DNA of 63,784 bases, counting the filler, from Chrysochromulina tobinii (taxonomy: Eukaryota), in assembly GCA_001275005.1 (NCBI GenBank). It is 6 parts of 6 records of this genome, joined end to end, with 100 filler letters (N's around TTAATTAATTAA, not from the genome) between each part and the next. Parts side by side here need not be neighbours in the genome. Positions count along the whole stretch, not along the records: positions 1 to 17,150 come from JWZX01000106.1; 5 more parts are not named here. One strand, written 5' to 3'. Each line of letters starts with the position of its first letter. The stretch's first letter is position 1. Both the position numbers and the translations under genes were made by a program. The notes beneath the pieces are model-generated. The model was given only the letters and a program-made list of their open reading frames with translations. It ran no database searches and was not told the origin of the DNA. This document shows, one piece after another, positions 1-12,102 of this stretch.

Positions 1-3000
1 GCGCCCACGAGCACGCCTGCCGCCGCGGCGGGTGGCGCTGCTGAGCTGGAGAGCGAAGCGGAAGTGGATGCTGAGTTGATGGGATTGCTCTCCAAGCTAC
101 AGATCTCCACCAGCACGGCACGCCAATTCTCTTCATTTGGGATCGGGATGGGGGCGATGCGCTTGCTCACCGTCGGAGATATCATCGAGATGACCGGCTG
201 TGACGAAAGCGAGGCGGCCGCCATCGTGCGGGGGGTCAAGGCCGCCGATGCCGCCGCCGCCGCCGCCGCCGCTCAATCGATCTCGCTCCAACCGTCGGCG
301 AACTCCGGCATCGTTGGCAGTCACATCGATGCCGATGGGACGCCTCTCACGGCTGAGATCGTCTCGGCAGTCCTCGGCTACCCCATCGACGACTTCCAGA
401 CGCGCACCCTCGCGGTCATCGTGGACCCGGAGCGCGACCTACTCGCGATGGCGCCTACTGGCTCGGGCAAGACAGCGGTCGCTCTCCAGGCGATCATGGC
501 GGCCTTTCGGCGTGGCAAGAAGGCCGTGTACACCTCCCCCGTCAAGGCACTCTCCAACCAAAAGTACGCCGAGTTCAAGGCGTGGTTCGCCTCGCGCAAC
601 CTGAACGCGGGCGTCACGTTACTCACGGGCGACATTAAGATTCGAGCGCCGCCGGGCACCGTGGCTGAGCTCATCATCTGCACGAGTGAGATTCTGCGGA
701 ATAAGCTCGTCAAGATGGCGGGGACGGCGGCGGTGGTCGCCGATCCGGCCGTTGCAGCCGTTGGGCTCGTGGGTCAGGGCTCTGCCTCGACGATGAGCGA
801 CAATGACCTTCAGAACCTCGGGTGCGTGGTCTCCGACGAGATCCACTACATCAACGACCCGGAGCGCGGCGCGGTGTGGGAAGAGACACTGATGCACATG
901 CACCCGTCGACCCAGCTCGTCGCCCTCTCTGCCACGCTGCGCGAGCCCGAAAAGTTCCTGCAGTGGATCCGCACGACGCGTGGGCGCGACGCTGAGCTCG
1001 TCCGGAGATTTGATCGGCACGTGCCTCTCCATTTGGGCGGGCTCGAGCGCCGTCGTGGCGCCTTTGTGGAATTCTTCGGCACACACGGGGAGCGCGCTGG
1101 GGTGTTCGACATGGCCAAGTATGCGGAGCTGCGCCAAGCCATCTCTGCGCCGCCCGAGAAGGATAGCGCCGCCGCCGCCGCCGCCGCCACCAACAAGATG
1201 GATCGGGTGAATGAGAAGGCGGCCGCAAGGGCGGCCTTTGAAGGTGGGGGCGGCGGCGGGGGAGGCAAGGGGGGGCGCGGCGGTGGCGGCGGCAAGGGCG
1301 GAGGGGGCGGCAAGGGCGGAGGCGGGGGCAGCGGTGGCGGCGGGCGGGGCGGCGGCGGCTCGCACAGCAATGAGCCCTCGTATGCGTCCGAGTGCCTGCG
1401 GCTCGCGCGGGATCTTGCGGGGGGCGGCGGAGGCGTCTCAAAGATGCCTGCCATCGTCTTCGCCATGTCGCGCAAAAAAGTGCGTCGAGGGCGCGCACTG
1501 CTGCGCCTCACTCAACCTGCTCGGCGGCTACCGTCCCAAGGATCGGTTGGGGGACGACGCCACTGAGGAGGAGCGGGCGGCCTTCGAGAAGGCGGAGGCC
1601 GAGCGGCGCGCACTCGTCAAGGCCGCCCAACGAGCCCTGCACGCCATGCACCGCTCTCACTTGCAAAGGTACATGCCCGAGCTTGGTGAGCTCGAGGCGT
1701 ACACGGACGTGATGTACCTACTCGAGCGGGGTGTAGCCTACCACCACGGCGGCATGCTGCCCATCCTGCGCGAGTTTGTCGAGCTGTGCTTCCAGCAGCG
1801 ACTGGTCAAGCTCGTCTTCGCCACCGAGACGCTCGCGGTCGGTGTGAACATGCCCGCGCGCACCGTCGTGTTCACGCAGCTCGACAAGCCCAACGACACC
1901 GGAAAGCCGGGCCATCGTAACCTGCGACCGGATGAGTTCTGGCAGATGGCGGGGCGAGCGGGGCGGCGCGGGCTGGATGAGCTCGGTTACGTGATCTACT
2001 CGCCTACCCTCTCCGTGGCGGGCCTCAAGAACATGGCGAGCGCGACCGAGCTGCGCGAGATGTTGGTGGGGGCGATGCCCGCGGCCACTTCACAGCTGAG
2101 CGTGAATCGGCCGTTTGTGCTGCGTCACCTCGCGCGTGGCTATGGGCCGGAGGTGCTCAATAAGACGCTCCTCGCCGACCAGCTACGTCGGCAGACGGAG
2201 CTCTTGCAGGCTGAGATGGCTGTGGCTGTGGTCGGGGGCGGTGGCAGCGACGCTCTCCTCGACGCCGCGCGCAAGTACGCAAAGCTCGAGGCGCGTCTCC
2301 ACGGCACGAGCGCCGATCTGATTGGGCTCAACCCGAAGCAACAGAAGGCCGCCCAGGCTGAGCTGCGCCAGCTGCTTGAGCTCCACGGCGAGAGACTGAT
2401 TGCGGCGAAGAGCTCGATCGCGACGACCGAGCGGCTCACCGCCGAGATCGAGATCAATCAGTCGCTCCTGTTTCGTCAATGGCAGGAGGCCCTCGGCTGG
2501 CTGGGCGAGTACGGTTTCGTTGATGAGGCGGGATTGCTCACGCCCCGCGGACGTGCATGCGCCGCCTTCGCCGATGGCCACCCGCTCATTATCGGCACCA
2601 TCATCGCGGACGGCTGGCTCGCGCAGCTATCTCCGGGCGAGATCTGCGCGTGGCTCTGCCTCTTCCTAAAGGAGAGCCGCGGCAATGATATCTCCCAATC
2701 CGAGCTCAAGCCGCCCGAGCCGTCGGCGGCGCTCGCGGAGGTGCTTTGATGGGCACTGATCGCGTCCCTGATTGCGACCCTGATTGCGACTCCGAGTGCA
2801 AGCATCATCGCGATCCGAATTTGCGACCCAAATTGCGCCCCTATTTGCGACCCTGATTGCAGGTGCTCGCCGAGACGGACGGCCTCGCCGAGATCCTCGA
2901 GGTCGAACTTGAGCGCACCCTCATGCTGATGATGCTGGATTGGACCACCCACAAGGACATCAAACGCATCGCCGTGTGGGTCGACTCCTACATGCTCGGC

Positions 3001-3174
3001 ACCTTCGTCAAGGCCGTGATGCGCGTCGCCTCGTACATTGACGTCGTCAAGGAGGTTCTCCTCGGCCTGGGCGCGTACGAGACGCATAACAAGCTCGACA
3101 ACCACATGGACCTCCTCCTTGGGGGGTTGGTCACCAACGAGTCGCTCTACCTACGCCTCGCCGACGGCGAATGA
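1..3174 (+). CDS. Ski2/Mtr4-like DExH RNA helicase (5'-partial; apparent 1-nt frameshift; one intron)
   Basis: Motifs APTGSGKT, YTSPVKALSNQKY, DEIHY, LSAT, ATETLAVGVNMPARTVVF, QMAGRAGRRGLD and C-terminal SLYL. Frame is open from position 1. An A6 run at 1474-1479 shifts MSRKK|CVEG between ORFs 64..1566 and 1211..2749. A GT-AG intron at 2741-2862 joins ALAE|VLAETD. Confidence 0.9.
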
Positions 3175-3627
3175 CGCGTCGCCGAGGGCGCGAGAGAGGG
3201 GGAGAGAGGCCAGAGAGGGAGGCACGAGCGCCAGCCGCGCCGTGTGGTGCCGAGCGTGCCTGAGGCACCGCAGGGTGTGTCATGAGAGGTGAGAGCGCGC
3301 GTGCCCCTCGGGAGCACGTGTGGCTTTTTTGGAGGGTGGCCGCCGTACAGAACTGCCCCGCCCACACACATACACCTTGACTTCGTGTCTCATCGTTGCT
3401 TCTTAGGATTCAACTACTCGGCGCCCATCGTGGCTACAATAGTACTTGGGTCCGGTATTATGCGAAAGTCTTCGAGTCATCTGGAGATCACTTCACAGCT
3501 ATTGAACACACGAGAGTCCTGCGTTTCTTTTTCACGTGTTGGTGTGGAGTCCCGGTGTCTTGGGTGTCGAATTAAAACTGTTTGGCTGTGAATTCATAAT
3601 GAACATATCGACAGTTCTGAGTTCAAG

Positions 3628-6116
3628 ATGGAGTTTATCTCATCTTCCATGGTCTACTTGCCGCTCCACACACTGCTGCTCGAGGACGAGCTGCCTGTTA
3701 CCGCGGCGCCACGGCCCGAGATCCGACGATGCCGCGGCTGCCAGGCTGTGCTGCTCGTTGCCGACTACATTGGTCGTGGCGCCGGCGCAATGGATAAGGC
3801 CCTCGCGTACCATTCTTGTGGCACCTGCGCCAGCGACGAGGCCTTCGCTGCCTCGATGGTGGCCGAGTTCAAGAGCATGCTGGGATCTGGCGGCGACGAG
3901 GGCGAGCCCGACTCTGCTGCGTGCGCGCTGCCCGTCACGTGGCCCGACGGCGAGCCTCCGCTCGTGTACCTGGCGCGGGTGGGCAAGGTCGAGTGCGCCC
4001 TGAATCTGCTGCGTTCGGGCCTGGCCGCGTCCTGCGGAGGCGTGAACGCGCGCGGTCGCTTCGGCATGACCGCGCTGCACCACGCGGCCGCACGCAACGA
4101 CACGACGCTTCTTCGGACGCTCGTCGCTGAGGGAGCCTCCACCTGGCTCACCACTCAGGACGATGTCAACGCAGGCGTGACTGGCGGGCGCACACCCCTC
4201 CACGCGGCGGCGGCGGCCGGCGCGGCAGCCTCGGCGGCGTTGCTCGTGGAGCTCGATCCGATGAGCGCCGCGCGCACCGATTGGGAAGATCGGCTGCCTG
4301 CCGAGCTCGCGTGGCTCGGCGAGATCGAGGGAGCTCACGAGCTCGCAATCTCGCTCGTCGAGGCAGCGAGGCAAGCCTCTGCTGCTGACCCTCCAGCTGC
4401 GAGCGGGGAGATCGAAGGAGATCGAACGATCTTGAGCTCGATCGAGGTCGAGGTGCACGTCGACGCGATCGAGGAGACGGAGCTCAATGAGCTTGATGGC
4501 GAGCGGCAGCACGCGCGTACTCTGAGCAAAGTCGAGCTACGCGAGCGCCACCGCGCCGCCCTTGACATCGAGGCACGCCCGAGGTTGCACACAGCTCATC
4601 TGATCAAGGGCGCTTGGACTGCTGACCGGTGCGGCGCCTCTGATTGCCACTGCTCGCCACTGATGGTCTCCGATGGCGACCGATTCGAGCGTGCAGGTGC
4701 AGCCACTGATTGCAACTGATTGCCACTGATTGCCACCGATTGCCACCGATTGCCACTGATGGTCTCCGATGGCGACCGATTTGAGCGTGCAGGTGCAGCC
4801 ACTGATTGCCACTGATTGCCACTGATTGGCACTGATTGCCACTGATTGCCACTGATTGCCACTGATGGTCTCCGATGGCGACCGATTCGAGCGTGCAGGT
4901 GCAGCCACTGATTGCCACTGATTGCCACTGATTGCCACTGATTGGCACTGATTGGCACTGATAGGCACTGATTGCCACTGATGGTCTCTGATGGCGACCG
5001 ATTCGAGCGTGCAGGTGCAGCGCGCTGCTCGAGGCGGTGCGCACAGCGGCGGCTCAGTACGGCTGGTCTACTGGGCGACATAAGTACCATGCGACCATGG
5101 ACATGCCAATATGGCGCCTTACACCGCACAGCGCCGCGTGTGTGCGGACGGCTCTGGAGGACGAGGTACTGCCCGCGATGGCGCGCGTCTTTGGCATCGC
5201 TCGCGAGCGGTTGGCGCTGCGCGAGGGCTTCGTGGCCATGTATGGTACTGGAGGATGCATGCAGCGCGCGTTGGGCATGCACAAGGATGGTACGCTGCTT
5301 GCGTGCACGCTGCTGCTCAATCCGGAATCGGACTTTGATGGAGGTGGCACCACGTACGCCGCGCCTGTGCGGCTGCGCGAGTGGAGCGAGGCGGACTGGA
5401 AGGCCTCGTCGGAGTGGAAGGCGGACTTGAGCGCGCCCGTGGGAGCCATAAAACCATCGGATGACGACGGCGGCGGCGGACAGAAGACGCTGGAGGAAGC
5501 CTTGGTGCACACGGTGCCGGCCGCGATGGGCGACTTGCTCCTTCATTGTGGGCAGCTGCGCCACGGGGCCGCAGAGGTCAGTCGAGGCTACCGGTATGTG
5601 CTGGTCGCCTTCGTCGACGAGCTGCAGCTCTCTCCCGAGCGCCGTGACGAGCGCCGTGACGAGCGCCAGGGCGAGGAGGTGCAGGGCGAGGGGGCAACGG
5701 GTAAGGTGGGGCCAAATGGCTCTCCCGGCCCCATCTCGACGCCACAGCCCCCATCGGCTGCTGGCGCTGTGCCGCCACTCATGGCCCGTTCCGTCTCACT
5801 GGACGGCGGCACACCCAAGGCCACTAGCGCGCGCTCGGTGCCACGGCTGGCGAAGGCGACGTCGTTTGTGACACCCACGTCCGTAGGGGCTGCCCCCGGG
5901 GGTGAGCGCTCACCACGGCGCTCGTGTGTCTCCTTCCACGTGAGCGAGATCAGCGGGAGCTCAGTACCGGAGCGCCGTGGCAAGTTCACACTGCCGGGCG
6001 GCAAGGCGGCCTTCACACCTGGTTGGGATGAGCAGCCGAAAATTGAGGACGACGAGGCTGAGCTCAGGGCCGAGATCAACGCGGATCAAAAGAAGAAGCT
6101 CAGCTTTGGTTCGTGA
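3628..6116 (+). CDS. Ankyrin-repeat plus 2OG-Fe(II) dioxygenase (prolyl/lysyl hydroxylase-like) protein
   Basis: Ankyrin motifs GMTALHHAA and GRTPLHAAA. Removing intron 4629-5014 gives WTADR|CSALLEAVR. Oxygenase motifs HKD...DFDGGGT...RHG...RYVLVAF. Confidence 0.8.
4629..5014 (+). repeat. Compound intron of four tandem GT...AG units filled with CCACTGATTG decamers
   Basis: Units 4629-4696, 4697-4792, 4793-4898 and 4899-5014 each end GAGCGTGCAG and are followed by GTGCAG. Confidence 0.85.
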
Positions 6117-6573
6117 GCTTGATGGGAATTGCGCATGCAATGGTATGGGGAACGGGGCAGTGCCCATGCATGCCACGCTGCATGCATCGCTTCTGGCTCC
6201 ACACCTCGACTATGATGCATCGGCCATCGGCCATCGTGGTTCGGCTCCGCTCCAGGCCTGCCTCCACGCCACTCCTCTCGCTTCGTTTGGCCTCGGACGA
6301 ACTGCATCGGCTTCGCTTGAGTGGCATTGTGCGGCGTGCTGGTGTGTGTCCTCGCGCGTCGCGGTCCGCGCGCGATTTGGCTAAACCAATGAAATTCCAA
6401 ATTCGGATATTGGTCGATCTTTTTGCCGGTTCGCAAGGGTCCTTCATCCTTTGTATGCTCGGTACTCACACTGGTCTTTCTTTTGAAAGTTTCACTCCAA
6501 CACGAGTTTCTTCTTTCTATCTCCAACCCACTGTCTCGCTCCACGCTCTGGTCGCGCAGGGGCAGCCACTGCA

Positions 6574-7240
6574 TTATTTGGGCATGTCCACTTTCATCCC
6601 GAAGGACTCCATGAGCTTCTCTGCCCGTCTGGCCGCGTGCTGCATCTCGCTCGGCATCTCGTGCCCGAGGAGCTTTTGCAGGTTCGGCTTGATCGCGAGC
6701 GAGCACAGTGCATAGATGAAGAGGATGCCAGCGTCACGCATGTCGTCGCCGGGCAGGTTCCTGTGCGTAATCCCGGTGATGAAGCTGAAGGGCATGAACG
6801 GGAGCCGTGCGAGGACGACACTGTCGTAACTGGCCTTCAGCGTAAACAAGGTAAACGTGTGAAAGACGCCTGCCAGCATGTTGCATCTCCACTGCGAGGA
6901 AGGAAGCGGCCACAACCGGACGAGTCAGCTGTTGCTCTGGCGGGCATGGTCCGCCCAGCACCGCGCTTACCTTGTACGTCCCAAGGTCACGGCTGGCACG
7001 GGAAAACTCACGTTCGAGCATGATGAGCTTCTTGTCCTTCTTATCGATCTTTTTGTCAACCGCAACCGTCGCCAGCTCCTCCTGCTTCCTTGCGAGTCGC
7101 TTTGATGCGCTGGCGTACTGCGCGTGCAGCCGTTGAAAGTCCTCGAGGCGAAAGACAAGTAGCCACGAGACGGCCTCGCAGATGCAGATAGACACCGTCG
7201 CACAGCCGATCACGTAGAGCAGTGAGCCTTTGTCGGCCAT
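6574..7240 (-). CDS. TMCO1: TMCO1 / EMC3-family ER membrane protein
   Basis: N-terminal TM helix (CEAVSWLLVFR), a coiled coil, then LPFMPFSFITGITHRNLPGDD and FIYALCSLAIKPNLQKLLG. Canonical GTAAG...CAG intron at 6892-6970. Confidence 0.9.
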
Positions 7241-7490
7241 CTCGTGAACAAGTTCCTCTTGCTGTGAACAGAAAAGTCTCCGCAAACTACGACACGAACG
7301 AACATGGGATGAACGTGCACACATGGATCATGCAAAACAAGAAGAAAAGACTCACATGAAATCATGAATACAGTACGACTCGCTCGGATGGCCTTCTCCA
7401 CGCGCTGCCTGGCCCATTGGCGTACATGCATGCCTCTTACGTAGAAGTCGGCCTTGTTCGTGCCACGAGCCGAGTCGTGCGCGCGCGCCC

Positions 7491-7992
7491 TCATCGTACG
7501 CTATCCTTGGCGACGGTCACCAGCGACACCTGCATCTCGCGAGCCAACCGCTTCACCATCGCCGCAAGCGCGAGCTTGCGCACCTGGTTGGGCGGCAGCG
7601 TGACAGCAGTGATCATCTTGGCATCGCGCTCGACCACCTTGAACTGGTCGTACGGCTCGTCCGACGGCTCCTGTTTGAACATGCCTGAACACCAAGATGG
7701 ACGCTCGCTGAGCACTGAGAGGCTGGCACTTTGTGCTCCCAGGGTGTATTTGGCGCGGGCGCGCGCGGGAGCGAACGCAGCGACGATCGCTGATGCACGG
7801 TGGGGCGTGCGAGGCGCGTAGCGCACCCTCCTCCACCATGAGCTTGCGCTGGTCGGCGAGGCTGAGCTTCTTCACAAGCTTTGCCGCCTCCGAAGTCTCA
7901 GGAATCTGCTTCCACACATCGAGGAAGTCGGGGTCGCCCTGCTTGACGTGGTACACGGGATGGTTGATGTTGGTTTTGTCATCGCCACCCAT
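7491..7992 (-). CDS. Hypothetical protein of about 119 aa, two exons
   Basis: ATG at 7992 (MGGDDKT). GT-AG intron 7685-7826 joins MVEEG|MFKQEPS in frame. Coding-like composition; no family recognised. Confidence 0.6.
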
Positions 7993-8074
7993 CGCTGCGC
8001 CTGCAGGCCGACGTGCGAGCGAGGCGCGAGCTGGACGAGCCACGACAAAGAGGCTACTTGTATCTGGGGCCCTA

Positions 8075-8170
8075 CAAGTTTTCAAGTTTCAAGTTTGAAT
8101 CCAAGTTTGCAAGTCAAGTCAAGTCAAGTCAAGTGGACTTGACTTTACTTGACATTTTGCAAGTACTTAC
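8075..8170. repeat. (CAAGT)n array abutting inverted ACTTG copies (short foldback)
   Basis: caagtcaagtcaagtcaagtcaagtggacttgactttacttgac. Confidence 0.7.
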
Positions 8171-8729
8171 AGAAGTGTTTTCAGGGTTGCTCGGCCGCCC
8201 TGCCGCCCTATTTGCCCTCCGACACAGGATGACCACTTCATTGGCTCACAGCTTCATGGGCTCTGGTGTCTATTGGGGATTTGGGGTGGCCAGAGTTTCA
8301 AATCACGAATGGTTGTCAACTAGTGCCACCCAATAAAAGCACGATGTCGACGATGTCGAGTTGTCAACGTGAGCGCAGAGTACTCCACAGCAGCACCGCA
8401 GGGCGCAGGCGCAAGAAGCTGGATGGCGAGGTCGTCCTCATACCGGTGCGGCTAAACACAATCAGAACTGAAGCCCAGGCTAGGACCGCAGGGTCTGGGG
8501 TTGGTGTGACCATGTGACAATTGGCGCTTGCCATCTCATGATCTCATTGTCGGGCCATCTTGTGGCAGTGCAGTGGCAGAGCAGTGGCAGGCGGGATGAG
8601 TGCTCAGATGAGCTGATGAGCTGCTGATGGAGGTGATGGTGGGCTGCTGAGAGGGGCATGCCTCACTGTCACTCGACGACTGTGGCACTGCATTGATGGT
8701 CAGTGCAGTCAGCGCACGAAAAATGCGTC

Positions 8730-11700
8730 TCACTGTGCTGTGTCGGCGTCTGAGGCAGCCTTGATCCTCGTGACAAGTCCGTTGTGGATGGGCCACCAAG
8801 ACATGTCGCCCAGACCAAGCTGGCAAATGAGCTCATGGCCAAGATCAAGAGGCTCAAGCTCATCTGAAAGATGTTCTTGGTCTGGGACTGCGTCTGGCGG
8901 CAGCATGGTCAGAGTGGTGGACGGTGATTCTGGTGGTGCTTCGGGTAGCATATCCCCATGGTGCTCCTCATGCCCAGCAAACGAATTCGTAATTGCGTTC
9001 TGCTCAAAGTGCTGCTTGAAGACGAGCTGCTTGAAGACGATAATCGCATCTTTGACTTGCTTCAGCTCTGAGTCTGACTTGGCCTTCTTGTCCTCATGGC
9101 CAATGTCATCTACATCATCAGGCATGGGGCCCTGCCTCTTGCCGTAGTTGAACTGACCCTCATAAATTTTGTCACCGGTGAACGTGGCCTTGCCCTGACC
9201 GTGCATCGAGCTGTCCTCGAGGCCACCCGAGTACATGAGCATCACCTCCAGACTGTCGCTCTTGTCGCTCTCCTCATCAGCATCGGCAAGCGGCATTGCG
9301 CCCTTGCTGAAGGGGCCCTTGCATGCATGCAGCATCGCACTCTCAAGATCCTGCCTGAGGTCCTCACATTTGCGCTTGAGTGCATCACACTCTGCCTTGT
9401 GCGATCGCTTGAGTTCATCACACTCTGCCTTGTGCACATCACACTCTGTCTTGTGCGATCGCTTGAGTGCATCACACTTTGCCTTGTATGCATCACGCTC
9501 CACCTGATGGCACAGACAATGTAAGTGATGAGCAAGCTTTGTGCATCAAAATAAGTGATGAGCAAGCTTTGTGCATTCATGCATGCATGCATGTGTATGC
9601 CCAATCTCCAGTGTCCCCATGCCCAGATTGTGTGTGATGACCATTTGTCTGTTGTGGACAAGCACACAAAAGTGGTCATCAAAGGAGAAAAGTCAATGAA
9701 CCATCGGATGTCTCCACGTGAAACGGCTGCAAGAGAAGGATGGCTACCGGTGAAACGTCCATGCATGAAGAGAAAAGCAAGAGAAAGAACGAACGGAGGA
9801 AACATGTCATCAGTTTCCACTGGATGACAGTTTCCACTTGATGACAGTTTCCATATTTGTTGTGGGCCTTTCCATTGATAACTTTCTGTTGCCACTCTTA
9901 CTCGTTGTTGTTGCTGCTCAGGCTGCTCGTCACGCTGGCCATTGCGACTGCACTGAGGACTGCACTGAGGTCGCCATCGCCGGGGCGTGAAGACGACCCA
10001 CGGCTCCTCACGCCGACTATGATGCTGCCTGACGTGACTGTCACCATCACCGCTGATGGATCGACACCTGCCCGCCCCACCCCGATCGTGATTGTAGTCT
10101 TCATCGTGGTCCGCACACTCGGGGGTGAAGGAGGAGCCGTCGCTCACTGAGATTAACACTGAGATGATGGTCAGGGAGCTGTACATGATGATGTTGGGCT
10201 CACTGAGATGATGGTCAGGGAGCTGTACATGATGATGTTGGGCTCACTGAGATGATGGTCAGGGAGCTGTACATGATGATGTTGGGCGTCAGGGTCACGC
10301 TCGGAGGGGCGGTCGGGGGTGAGGGCGGTGGGGGAGGGCAGGGGAGGGGACCCGGAGGCGGCTGCGGTGGCGCCGGGCTAGGGCGGAGGCGAAGGTGGCA
10401 AGGGCTGCGGCGGGGTGAGGGAGGCGGGGTGAGGGAAGCGGCACGCGGCGGTGGTGGGGAGGGCCGGTGGTGGGGAGGGCGGCAGCGGTGGGGAGGGCGA
10501 TGGCAGTGAGGCCAAGCAGTGGCGGTGAGGGCAAGCAATGGGGAGGGTGATGGTGGTGAGGGGAGTGATGGGGACAAGGGCAGTGGGGAGGGCTATGGCG
10601 GAGGCGGATGGGGAGGGTGTGGGGAGGCAGTGAGGGCGGTGGCGGTGAGGGTAGTGAGGGTACGGTGAGAGCTGAGGTGAGGGTGATGGTCCATGGTGGT
10701 GGTGGCGACGGAGATGGTGGTGGTGGCGACGGTGACGGGGCGGCGCCGAGATGCGATCTGCCTGTGTCGTTGAGAATTTTCCATGAGCTCCCAGATGAGC
10801 AGGAGCAAGTTGTGTGAAGCCCCCATGTATGATCTCCCCAGATGTGATCTCCCCGTTGAGATGCGATTCCCCACATGCATGTGCCCACACAGAGGGTTGG
10901 GAGGGGCTGGGCACGCACCTTCAGTTCCTCGATCATGAGGTCCTTGTCGTTCTTCATGTTTGTGTCTGGCTTCAAGTGATCCGCTTTCATGGACTCGACC
11001 TCCTGCCATAAGTGATGCTCCTCCTGTGTAACCACATCCGAGCGAGGAGAGGGGGCCGATGGCGTGATCGGTGAGGGTCCAGGTCATTAAGCGTGTGGGT
11101 ATATGGGTGGCGCGCGTGCGTGCGTCATGTGTACGTGCACGGATTGAGATCACACGCACCAGCCCTGCATTGCGCTTGCCTGTACCGCCAGTGTCCTTCT
11201 CCTTCTTCTTCGCGAGACGCCGCTTGAGCAGCTCGCAGAGGCGGTTCAAGATGTCTTGGTTCTCCAGGTCGCCGATCGTCTTCGCCTTATCGCACATATC
11301 GCGAGCTAGGGATAGTGTCTGCGGGAGCGTGCACACGTTGCGCATCATAGGCGAATTAGCGACCTGAGCTCAACAGAACGGGAGGGAGCGTGCACGGGTG
11401 CGTGCGCGGCGAACGCACATCTGGTTCAATCTTCTTGATTTTCCCCTTGTACTCGTAGTTGCAGTACATCACGAGAAAATCGTAGCATTTCTCGCAGAAG
11501 GAGCCGCACTTCAGCGGCAGCACGCGCTCCTTGGCCTGTTGGGGCGTCTGCAGGCAGTGCGAGTTCGAGAAGTCAGAAAGCGCGTGCTGGGCGGGCAGTT
11601 CAGGGAAGACGCGGATGAGTGGCGGGTCGGGCGGGGCGCGCGCGCGCGTCGATGATGATCCCGCCCGGCTATGCCGCGGGCGCAGCCGCTCGAGCGCCCA

Positions 11701-11804
11701 ACGCACCGGCTCCATCGACTGGGCTTGCTCTCCGCTTCACAAGGCTCTTCGTGTCGGACGGTCTCGGAGGGATGGCGGAGATGGAGGGACGCTTCCACAG
11801 TCAC
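8730..11804 (-). pseudogene. Decayed multi-exon gene (coiled-coil repeats, MORN remnant, Pro-rich tract) in a CpG-depleted block
   Basis: An intact-looking intron at 11364-11418 joins KKIEPD|VANSPMMRN. Downstream fragments show KAECDELKRSH repeats and the degenerate MORN motifs YSGGLEDSSMHGQG and YEGQFNYGKRQG. Visible TG/CA excess at 8500-11050. Confidence 0.5.
10157..10288. repeat. 44-bp tandem repeat, about 3 copies
   Basis: Unit cactgagatgatggtcagggagctgtacatgatgatgttgggct. Confidence 0.8.
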
Positions 11805-12102
11805 GCGTTTCTCAAACTAGACAACATTTCTCCGAGACGAACCTGCAAGTTGCGTTCGTTATCACTCCCTATCAAGTTACCACCAAGTCTTCTGAATTCC
11901 ACAGCCCTGCCGGTGCAATCGGGAAAACAGCCCCAGCGACCCCGACTGCCGCTCCGGCTGGCAACAGACACAACTCCGTGAAGCGAACACAGCATTTCCG
12001 CCATGTCTCAGCGCACAACAGCCCAGCCGGGCCTCTACTTCGGCGCGACGAGCTCTGCTAGCCCGCGCCAACTTGCATCGCCGAGCCGCGTCAATGCCGT
12101 GA

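Noticed and set aside
1474..1479. Programmed frameshift or pseudogenisation of the helicase (and ARM gene at about 58953 and 59017)
   Set aside because: All are +1 events in homopolymer runs, typical of sequencing error; flanking coding sequence is intact.
4629..5014. Repeat-spacer-like pattern resembling a CRISPR array (also 59976-60307 and 60573-60770)
   Set aside because: The 'spacers' are themselves repeats, there are no cas genes, and the arrays sit within spliceosomal introns.
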